Positions 1 through 8,400 of a stretch of 64,000 bases of DNA are shown piece after piece; positions within the stretch are counted from its first letter, which is position 1, and the number at the start of each line of letters is the position of its first letter. Source of the DNA: Alphaproteobacteria bacterium (GTDB lineage: Bacteria; Pseudomonadota; Alphaproteobacteria; RF32; CAG-239); NCBI GenBank assembly GCA_017471705.1, contig JAFUSH010000023.1, positions 2,649 to 66,648 on the forward strand, given 5' to 3'. The notes beneath the pieces are model-generated. The model searched no databases and had not been told where the DNA came from. It was given only the letters and a program-made list of their open reading frames with translations. Position numbers and translations under genes: made by a program.

Positions 1-1467
1 AGAAATGCTGGATAAGGCGATTCCCAACTTTGTTAGATATTCCAAGGATTTTTCCGTTCTATCAACCCTTTCTTGATTTTCTTTTTCAATATTTCTCATA
101 TGATAAAGCGGAGCCGTGTATTGGTCTATTTTGCGGAATCCGGCATAAAAATGCATATGCGGATCGGTAAAAGAGGTAATTAAAAAAGCTTTTTGTGCAC
201 TTTCATCCGGCTTATCTGCATTTGCCAACTTATCATCAGGTGATTTGACGTTAGGATTAATATATAATGTATCCATTGGTGTATCGCGGCGATGAAACGA
301 TTTATGAGGATCAAGGAGAAGCGTATCTTTATTAAAAGTATTACCATATTTCTCATAATATCTGGGAACGCCGACAAAATTACTCTTATCATCATTCCCA
401 CCATATTGAATTGCTTCTGCGTGATGTAAAGTTGCTGAAAGCAAACGCCAATCTTTACGGCTACCGACACCAGGAGTGCCATAACCGGCGGCTTCCATAA
501 AACCGGAAATTGCTTCGTCTTCTCTACCATGGCGTGCGAATGACTCACTTATATACTTCACAGCTTTAGGATTATGGTCTGCTAAGTTTTCCCACCAAGT
601 ATCACGAGCAGCAGGTTCCTCGTTACTTGCTTCTGAATAGCTATTCGTAATTGGTATGATTTCGAAACCTTCTTCATCATATTGTTTTTCACCGACGGAA
701 TTTTCAGATTCGGTATCATTATAATCATTTTCATCATAATCTTCGTTATCATCTTCGTCATACCAATCTTCATCTTCGTCATCATCATGCTGATACCAAT
801 AATAAGGAGCACGCCAATTTCCGTCTAATTCATCGGTATGCGGACTTTTTGTAAACATATATTCCGCATAATAATCTCGAGTATAGACTTTTCTATCTTC
901 CAGCGTATTGTGGGAATTTACCACCATATCGCTTAAATCTTTTAAGTTAAACTGAGTGGCAATTTCCGGCTCTACCTGTAGTTCTTCCAATGTATCGCAA
1001 ATGATCTTCATATCATTATATAAACCGTGTTTTCGCAAAGCCTTAAATGGTGATTTATCAATCAGTGAATCAAAATAATTCTGTGCCGAATATTGTTTAT
1101 CTTCATCATTCTTATGGCTATTATATATTTCATAAATATTATGTTCTTCAAAATATTTTCTATAAGCCGGACTGACTGCATTTTCATAATATCGATTATT
1201 TTCGACAGGGTCTTTTTCTCCTTTTTCTTTAGCCTCTTTTCTTGCCGTTGCCATCTCTGCTTCACTATAATATGGTTCTCCTGTTTCAGCATTTGTTCCT
1301 CTTTCGTAAGAACTCCAAGTCCGGTCAAATACTTTTCTGACGGCTGTACGCTCATCTATATCCACTGCATTTCCGGTTTTCAGTTCTACTTTTAAGCCGT
1401 AAAAAGAACGCAAAGCATTGACCTTATCTAAATTATTCTGCGTGCAATTGTGCCATAAATAATCCAT
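1..1467 (-). CDS. hypothetical protein, 3' end cut by window edge (489 codons open)
   Basis: Manual translation of the minus strand from ATG 1467..1465 (MDYLWHNCTQNNLDKVNALRSFYGLKVELK...) stays open to position 1. It is absent from the ORF track because no stop lies in the window. It contains the acidic run DDDEDEDWYDEDDNEDYDENDYND. The track ORFs at 180..1395 are in other frames and look non-coding. Confidence 0.6.
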   Translation of the reverse strand, partial: MDYLWHNCTQNNLDKVNALRSFYGLKVELKTGNAVDIDERTAVRKVFDRTWSSYERGTNAETGEPYYSEAEMATARKEAKEKGEKDPVENNRYYENAVSPAYRKYFEEHNIYEIYNSHKNDEDKQYSAQNYFDSLIDKSPFKALRKHGLYNDMKIICDTLEELQVEPEIATQFNLKDLSDMVVNSHNTLEDRKVYTRDYYAEYMFTKSPHTDELDGNWRAPYYWYQHDDDEDEDWYDEDDNEDYDENDYNDTESENSVGEKQYDEEGFEIIPITNSYSEASNEEPAARDTWWENLADHNPKAVKYISESFARHGREDEAISGFMEAAGYGTPGVGSRKDWRLLSATLHHAEAIQYGGNDDKSNFVGVPRYYEKYGNTFNKDTLLLDPHKSFHRRDTPMDTLYINPNVKSPDDKLANADKPDESAQKAFLITSFTDPHMHFYAGFRKIDQYTAPLYHMRNIEKENQERVDRTEKSLEYLTKLGIALSSIS

Positions 1468-1478
1468 AACTTTTTCAT

Positions 1479-2345
1479 CTATCTTAGATATAGAGCACTA
1501 TATCTCACCTTTTGCAATTTGTCGTATATCACTTCTAAAGATTCTGTATTGTTTTTATCAGAGTTTAATTGCTCCCTGATAAGCCCGATATATTCTTGAT
1601 TGCGCTCCGGATGAATATCCATCATCTTAAATACATTGCTATAAAAATCGCTCAAATTTTCATAGGATTCGGCCTTGGTAAAATTATTGACAATTTCTTG
1701 AATTGTATCTGTTTTTTCAGGATAATAATTTTGGATACTCTGTAATGCCTCGAAAATATTGAATGATTTTATAGATGTTCCTTCTTTTACAATATGTGAA
1801 ATAATTTCATCCAGATTTTGTGATTGATAAATGATATCTTCAAAGCTGTTTATTTTATCTTTTGCTTGAAAATCATTATAAATGTGTTGTTTAACCAATA
1901 ATTTTGGCAAAATCAAATCTATTTTCTCAGCTTTATCCAATCGTTGTTCCTTGATATAAGCTAAAGCTTTAGTCTTATTTCTTGAATCCATTTTCGATAA
2001 TACATCAATGATTTTATCGACATCATCAAGTTCCTGTATTTCATTGACATCATTCCTATCGCCATAATAATCAGGACTTATGATTTTTGCAATTTCACGC
2101 TTGAATGATATCTTATCTATTCTTTCTCTTGTTTCCGGATAATCTGTCGCAATTTGGGCAAAAATTTCTTTTAAATTAACCTTATAACTATATGCATATT
2201 TTGTCGTATCAAGTGCGGTAATCAACTCTTCAACATTTTTGGCATTATCAATATTATCCCGTATTATTGATGTATATACGTTATAATCGTAATTTTTTTC
2301 TTGCAACTTCCACAAATCGTAAATTTCTTGAAACTCTTCTTTCAT
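1479..2345 (-). CDS. hypothetical protein (288 aa)
   Basis: Long ORF with coding-like composition, directly upstream and co-directional with the 1..1467 ORF. No family motif recognised. Confidence 0.6.
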   Translation of the reverse strand: MKEEFQEIYDLWKLQEKNYDYNVYTSIIRDNIDNAKNVEELITALDTTKYAYSYKVNLKEIFAQIATDYPETRERIDKISFKREIAKIISPDYYGDRNDVNEIQELDDVDKIIDVLSKMDSRNKTKALAYIKEQRLDKAEKIDLILPKLLVKQHIYNDFQAKDKINSFEDIIYQSQNLDEIISHIVKEGTSIKSFNIFEALQSIQNYYPEKTDTIQEIVNNFTKAESYENLSDFYSNVFKMMDIHPERNQEYIGLIREQLNSDKNNTESLEVIYDKLQKVRYSALYLR

Positions 2346-2384
2346 ACCAAAACTCCCTTATCGGCAAATCTTGTTTTTAGTTTA

Positions 2385-2395
2385 CCCCCCCCCCC
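2385..2395. repeat. homopolymeric C11 (G11 on minus strand) tract in a divergent intergenic region
   Basis: The sequence reads tttaCCCCCCCCCCCgtttt. The tract lies 40 nt upstream of the start of the 288-aa gene and upstream of the putative efp -35. Confidence 0.9.
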
Positions 2396-2436
2396 GTTTT
2401 TTGTCAAGTATTTTCTGCAAACACCTTTATTTTTCG

Positions 2437-2466
2437 CTTGCCAAATAATTTTTTTTTGAGTATAAA
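2437..2466 (+). promoter_or_regulatory. putative sigma70-type promoter of efp (CTTGCC-N18-TATAAA)
   Basis: Same CTTGCN / TATAAA-like pattern recurs upstream of rpmE, rpsF and tRNA-Ser. Confidence 0.4.
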
Positions 2467-2510
2467 ACCCTCATCAATCACTTTTAACATTGTAAATAGG
2501 AGAACTAAAA

Positions 2511-3074
2511 ATGAAACAACTCGCAGGTGCTATCAGAATCGGTTGGGTTATTGAATACAAAGGCAAACCTTGGACTATTACTAAAGCTGTTCATATTAAA
2601 CCGGGTAAAGGCGGTGCTTTTATGCAAGTGGAAATGAAAGAAGTTGAAGCCGGAACCAAAACCAATGAACGTTTCAGAACTGAAGATACGGTTGAAAAAT
2701 TAATGGTAGAAGACAGAGATTGTCAATTTTTGTTTGAAGATTCCACTGGTTTGACCTTTATGGAAAACGACACCTTTGAACAATTTTCTATGCCGTCCGA
2801 TATTTTGGGAGATTCTCGTCCGTTCTTGACCGACGGTATGCAAGTTCGTGTTTCATACATTGACGGCAGACCTATTTCGGTTGATTTACCGTTGCAGGTA
2901 ATTTGCGAAGTAGTTGAAACCGAGCCTGCTCTTAAAGGACAAACGGTTTCTTCCTCGTATAAACCGGCTATTTTGGATAATGGTGTTCGCACTACCGTTC
3001 CGCCGTTTATCAACGTTGGTGATAAAATCGTGGTCGGCACTTCCGAAGCTAACTATGTAGAAAGAGCAAAATAA
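2511..3074 (+). CDS. efp: elongation factor P
   Basis: 187 aa; the KPGKGGAFMQVEMK loop and overall EF-P-like sequence; AGGAG Shine-Dalgarno upstream. Confidence 0.95.
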   Translation: MKQLAGAIRIGWVIEYKGKPWTITKAVHIKPGKGGAFMQVEMKEVEAGTKTNERFRTEDTVEKLMVEDRDCQFLFEDSTGLTFMENDTFEQFSMPSDILGDSRPFLTDGMQVRVSYIDGRPISVDLPLQVICEVVETEPALKGQTVSSSYKPAILDNGVRTTVPPFINVGDKIVVGTSEANYVERAK

Positions 3075-3856
3075 TGGCATACCTTTCTCCAGTTTTAACC
3101 CTGATAATAAGCGCCGTTAAAAAAACTTCAGGTGCTTTGGCTCGTGATTTTAACGAGTTGGAACACTTGCAAAACGGCGTACACGGGGATTCTTCTTTTG
3201 CTTTGCGTTCTTTTGAAAGAACCGAGCGCATCTTGAAGGAAGAATTGAGTAAAATCAAAGCCGGATATCCGGTAATTGTCAAAAACGATGAGACAATTCC
3301 GGCATCAGGCAATTATTTCTTGCTCAGTCCGATTGACGGTTACGTTAATTTTGCTCACGCCAACGGTAATTTTGCCATTTCCGTTGCTTTGATTGAAAAA
3401 AACAACATTGTTGACGCGGTTATCTACAACCCCATCAGCGATGAAATGTTCTTCGCCGAAAAAGGTAACGGCGCATTTAAAGAAGGTTTCCGCAATCACG
3501 AAAGACTTCGCATTGCCGGTGGTAAAAATTTGGAAAAATCCCTGATTTCTTGCAATGCCGATACTGATTTGTTGCAAAAAGTATGCAAAACAAGTCAAAA
3601 TATATTAATCAGCGGCGCTGTATCACTTGATTTAGCTTATTTGGCAGCAGGAAAATCCGATGCGGTAATTTCTACAAACAATACTCCGTCTGCGTTAGCT
3701 GCCGGAATTTTACTCGTAAAGGAATCCGGAGGGTATGTTTTTGCAATCGGAGAAACCGATGTCAGAAGCGAAAATCTGAGCAAGGTACTTTTCGGAGGTA
3801 ATATTTTTGCCACCAATGAGAATTTGCGACAAAAAATTGCCGATATAACGGCGTAG
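3074..3856 (+). CDS. suhB: inositol monophosphatase family protein (SuhB-like)
   Basis: 260 aa; LSPIDGYVNFAHANGNFAISVAL and later LDLAYLAAGKSDAV resemble IMPase family motifs; start overlaps the efp stop. Confidence 0.8.
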   Translation: MAYLSPVLTLIISAVKKTSGALARDFNELEHLQNGVHGDSSFALRSFERTERILKEELSKIKAGYPVIVKNDETIPASGNYFLLSPIDGYVNFAHANGNFAISVALIEKNNIVDAVIYNPISDEMFFAEKGNGAFKEGFRNHERLRIAGGKNLEKSLISCNADTDLLQKVCKTSQNILISGAVSLDLAYLAAGKSDAVISTNNTPSALAAGILLVKESGGYVFAIGETDVRSENLSKVLFGGNIFATNENLRQKIADITA

Positions 3857-3889
3857 ATAAAAAAAATTTAAAAAACAGTAAAAATAATG

Positions 3890-3919
3890 CTTGCGTATTT
3901 TTTTTGCTTAATGTATAAA
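3890..3919 (+). promoter_or_regulatory. putative promoter of rpmE (CTTGCG-N18-TATAAA)
   Basis: Hexamers read directly from the sequence; consistent with the recurring promoter pattern in this window. Confidence 0.4.
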
Positions 3920-3957
3920 GGCGTAAAACTTATCAAGTATTAAATGTGGAGATTAAA

Positions 3958-4185
3958 ATGAAAAAAGGTATTCATCCTGATTATCACGAGATTACTTATG
4001 TGATGACAGACGGAACAGAAGTTAAAACAAAATCGACTTGGGGTAAAGCCGGTGACAAGATGATGCTTGAAATCGATCCGAAGTCTCATCCGGCTTGGAC
4101 CGGTGTTCGCCGTATTGTTGATAACGGCGGTCAAGTCGGCAAGTTTAACAGCAAGTTCGCAGCTTTCGGTTTAAAATCTAACTAA
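3958..4185 (+). CDS. rpmE: 50S ribosomal protein L31
   Basis: [22 protein letters not shown]... matches the L31 N-terminus. ATG at 3958 is preceded by GGAG; the track start at 3946 is a GTG lying over the SD. Confidence 0.93.
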   Translation: MKKGIHPDYHEITYVMTDGTEVKTKSTWGKAGDKMMLEIDPKSHPAWTGVRRIVDNGGQVGKFNSKFAAFGLKSN

Positions 4186-4319
4186 TCGAAATGTACGTCG
4201 GCAATTTAAGCCTGCGATAAAGCGGGCTTTTTGCGTTTATAACATATAAATTTTGCTTGTATAATGAATAAAGCGTGTTTATTGTTATTATATCAAATTT
4301 AATATGAAAGGATAAAAAT

Positions 4320-5387
4320 ATGACAGCTCCTTTAATGCCGAAAGCCACGGCTGTTTGGCTCGTTGAAAACACGGCTCTTACTTTTCGCCAAATTTCCAAA
4401 TTCTGCGAAATACACGAATTAGAAATTCAAGCAATCGCCGACGGTGATATTGCTTTTAATATTGTAGGCAGAAATCCTATTCACAATGGTTTGCTCTCTT
4501 GGGAAGAAATTCACCGTTGCGAGGCAGACCCTGCGACCGACTTGGTGGCAAACGTTTTGGAGAACAACGTCAAAGAACGCAATGCCAAGGCAAAGAAGAT
4601 TTTATCGCCGACTCAGCGCAGTGAAAAACCTTTTGCAATTTTATGGATTTTGAAAAATTGTCCGGAAATTATGGATTCGCAAATTTGCAAACTTATCGGC
4701 ACAACTAAACCGACTATCAACAAAATTCGTAACGGAGAATATGATACGGAAACAGAGTTAAAACCGAAAAATCCGGTGACCATCGGTCTATGTGATGAAA
4801 AAGATTTGGAAAATGCTCTGGCAATTTCCAAAATTCACAATCAACCGAAAAAGAAAAAGACAAAAGCTAAAAAGAAAATGACTAAAACAGCTACCGTAAA
4901 GAAAACTGCTAAAGATAAAACCAAGAAAACCACTGCTAAGAAAGCAGTTAAAGCTACTGCCAAAAAAACAGCAACCGTAAAAAAGACAGCAGCAAAAAAA
5001 GCTCCGGCTAAAAAAGCTGTTGCCAAGAAAACTACGGCCAAGAAAGCAGTTAAGGCTACTGCAAAAAAAGCGGCAACCGTAAAAAAGACGGCGGCAAAAA
5101 AGGCTCCGGCTAAAAAGGCTGTTGCCAAGAAAACCACTGCTAAGAAAGCAGTTAAGGCTACTGCCAAAAAAACAGCAACCGTAAAAAAGACGGCGGCAAA
5201 AAAAGCTCCGGCTAAAAAAGCTGTTGCCAAGAAAACCGCGGCTAAGAAAGCAGTTAAAGATACTGCCAAAAAAACAGCAACCGTAAAAAAGACAGCGGCA
5301 AAAAAAGCTCCGGCTAAAAAAGCTGTTGCCAAGAAAACTACGGCTAAGAAAGCAGTTAAGGCTACTGCCAAAAAAACGGCAAAATAA
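4320..5387 (+). CDS. DUF1013-family protein fused to a Lys/Ala-rich histone-H1-like repeat tail
   Basis: N-terminus [40 protein letters not shown] matches my recollection of alphaproteobacterial DUF1013. The C-terminal ~190 aa are AKKA/KKTA repeats. Confidence 0.85.
   Translation: MTAPLMPKATAVWLVENTALTFRQISKFCEIHELEIQAIADGDIAFNIVGRNPIHNGLLSWEEIHRCEADPATDLVANVLENNVKERNAKAKKILSPTQRSEKPFAILWILKNCPEIMDSQICKLIGTTKPTINKIRNGEYDTETELKPKNPVTIGLCDEKDLENALAISKIHNQPKKKKTKAKKKMTKTATVKKTAKDKTKKTTAKKAVKATAKKTATVKKTAAKKAPAKKAVAKKTTAKKAVKATAKKAATVKKTAAKKAPAKKAVAKKTTAKKAVKATAKKTATVKKTAAKKAPAKKAVAKKTAAKKAVKDTAKKTATVKKTAAKKAPAKKAVAKKTTAKKAVKATAKKTAK
4927..5387 (+). repeat. about 4.5 tandem copies of a 102-bp (34-aa) repeat, [34 protein letters not shown]
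   Basis: The period was measured between identical gc(t/c)aagaaagcagttaa(a/g)gc strings at about 4933 and 5035, and the pattern recurs to the stop codon. Confidence 0.9.
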
Positions 5388-5406
5388 TATTTGATATTCT
5401 GATAAG

Positions 5407-5446
5407 AAAAAACAGCGGCTTCCATTTTCAGGAAGTCGCTGTTTTA
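5407..5446. terminator. bidirectional intrinsic terminator between convergent genes
   Basis: Hairpin acagcggcttcc-attttca-ggaagtcgctgt flanked by an A-run and a T-run. Confidence 0.7.
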
Positions 5447-5469
5447 TTATAGTATTTCGCCTGTTTTTT

Positions 5470-8400
5470 TTATTTTGCTGCCTTATAGGTAGCAAAGACA
5501 GAGCTGCCTTTGTAGATAGTCAGTACATAACCGTCATTGCTGATGGTAGCGCTGAACTTATCTGTTGTTACAGAGGGGTGTCCGCTGACGGTGTAGCCGT
5601 AGTCCCATCCCCAAGCCGTAGCTGTAGGATAGGCCATATTGTCGGCATTGGCACCCTCGGTGGTATCCCACTGCATCAGGTCAGGACTGTCGGTGGCAAT
5701 GGTATTAATCCACTTACCCCACGACGGAATCCACGTACCCGAATTCAGGCGGCTGTCGGTATTCGTCTCGAAGTAGGCCTCGTTAACCTCCGGTGCATTC
5801 GCATTCTGGCGAATCACAACGGGGAGAGTACCCTGCTCGAAATGAATACTTGCGATATAAACCCAAGTATTGCGCTGTTCGTTGCGTGCTGTTGTAAACA
5901 CGCAACCGGTGAACTTACCGTGGTCAAAATCAGGGTTCCAAGGTGCGGAAACCTTTACTTTAATCTGACCGGGAGCAGAAGAAGCAAAGCTGTTGCTACC
6001 GAATGATACGCTGATGTTATCAGTGTAATCGTATACGGTCTCTTCAGTTGTTTCGCTCTTCTTGTTCACACTGGCGCCGGTCTCATTAGCGCTGAAGCTA
6101 ATGGTTCCGAAACTATGTGTTTTACCGTTACGGGTAAAGGTGATGTTGTTGGGGTCAATTGACTCCCAACCGTTATTCTGCGTTGAGCCGTTCAGAGTGG
6201 CTGTGGTGCTGATACCGCGGGTTTCGCGGGCATAGCTCCAATCACCGTCTGTCTTGCTCTCCGTGTTCTTCAGAGTTACGCTGGCAGAACCTGTGTTCTG
6301 GTCGGCGTTATCCTCATTTGAACTCCAGTTCGTCAGAACCGAGAAGTTACGAGCAAATACCTTGCTGATATTCTCGCTGTCCTCGCTACCGTCACTCCAC
6401 TTTGTTATGAAGGTCAGGCTGGCGGTTACATCATTCTGATTTACTGTCAGAGTCTGGTTGGTTATCTCATAACCTACAATCTCCTTTGCCTTGGCAACAT
6501 TAATCGTACCGGGGGCAGATATTGTCTGCACATTGTCACCGAAAGTTACGGTGATGTCGTCGGTATAACTATATGTTACCAATGTAGCGGTCTCGCTTGC
6601 TACGTTGACAGACTGTCCGGCTTCTGCTGCATTGAAATTAATGCTTCCGAAATCACAAGTCTCACCGTTGCGGGTGTACTTAATGTTGTTCGGATCCAGA
6701 GCGTTCCAACCATTAATCTGGTTAGAGTTCTGGAGCTGAGCCGTGGTCGTAATATTACGCTTCTCAGCGGTATATGACCAATCGCCGTCGGTCTTGGCAT
6801 CGCTGCTCTGAAGGCTTACGTTTGCCGAATTGGTCAACACGCTGGCATTGGTCTCATTGACCGTCCAGTTAGTATAGCAATTCAGTGTACGCGGGAAGCT
6901 CTTTGACACGTTTTCCGTATCTTCAGAACCGTCGTTATACATTGTCACGTAGACCAGACTTGCTGTTACGTCACTTGAAGTAATAACTAAGCTCTTATTA
7001 CGGAATTCGTGACCGGTCACTTCCTTAGCCTTGTTCACAACGATTGTACCGGGGGCAGTTGTGCTCTGCATATTGTCACCAAACGATACGCTGATAGTAT
7101 TACTGTAGTCATAGGTCTCGGTAAGACCCTCGGTAGACTTCAGCGTTACGTTATCAGTAACCTTTGCAGTGCTGTGGCTGATAGTTCCGAAATCAGCAGT
7201 TACACCATTGCGGGTGAACTTGATGTTATTCGGATCCACAGCCGTCCACCCGTTGTACTGAGTGCTGCCGTTCAGAGTTACGCTGGCGTTGATTGAGCGG
7301 GTCTGCTCAACCCAATTCCACTCATCGTCACTCTTATTCTGGCTGGCGCTCAGCTGTGCCGTCGGCTGGGCAGTCGTCTCATTGGCATTTTCCTCCGTGC
7401 TCTTCCAGTCTGTCGTGCAGACCAAAGAGCGAGGAAAATCGTGGCTGACTTTGTCTGTGCTTTCGTTACCGCTCTTGAAAATGGTAACGAAATCGCAAGA
7501 TGCGTTGACATTGTCGTTAGTGATAGTTAGAACCTTGTTACGGATCTCATAACCTACGACTGCGTCAGCAGCAATCTTCAAGACACCGGGAGCGGTAGAA
7601 TTTTGTACATAACCGCCAAAGTTTTCCTCAATGAGGTCTTTGTAGTCATATACAGTAATACCATTCTCATCACCACGAAGGCTAAGGCTTGCGCCCTGCT
7701 CCTTTATATTGTAAGGCAATACATCGAAGATATAGCTCTTGCCCTCACGGACATAGCTTACCTTGTTGGGAACAACACTCGTCCAGTTGTTCAGCTTAGA
7801 CTCACCATTGTATAGGTGAGCGTAGGTGCTGATGGTACGTGTTTCGTTGTTGTACTTCCAGTAGCCCTTTGTCTTCTCCTCACTGCCGCTCATATTTACT
7901 ACAGCGGTTGTGTCGGTGAACTGACTCAGGATTTCCTGAACGGATTCCCAATTGGTATTGCACTTCAGAGAGCGCGGACCATTGAAGTGGTCGTGCACTT
8001 TGCTCTCTGTGCCGTCCTCATACTTCGTCACGAAGTCCAGATCGGCAACAACGGAGTCCTTCAGGACAACAATCTTCGGATTGATAATATCATATCCGAT
8101 GATGTCCTTGGACTTCATATAAAGGTTCACCAGCTCGTTCAAGCCTTGGGTACCACCAAGGTAGCTCGTGCTGATGAAATTCTTCACCTGAGCCTTCTTG
8201 TAGGTAGCCTTATCGCTCTGAGCTGCGCTCACTGATGTCTGAATTTCAGACACCTCGGGAGCTATGAATGGGAACTCCACGGTGATGCTGTCATCCTGAT
8301 AAACAGCTTTCTCGTGATACAGGCTGTAATCGGTGACAATCTTGTCAGCCGACACGCCGTTCTCAACGTTTGCGTTGTATTTATCGGTCTTACCCCAGAC

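Noticed and set aside
180-1395. Track ORFs 180..548, 582..812, 1062..1355 (-) and 1093..1395 (+)
   Set aside because: They have low-complexity Ile/Met/Lys or Phe/Ile-rich translations. A different minus-strand frame is open across the whole interval and reads as a plausible protein.
4788-5495. 235-aa and 194-aa minus-strand ORFs opposite the AKKA repeat region
   Set aside because: They are reverse-complement readings of a low-complexity Lys/Ala repeat (giving Phe/Leu/Cys-rich strings). The plus-strand frame is continuous with a recognisable DUF1013 domain.
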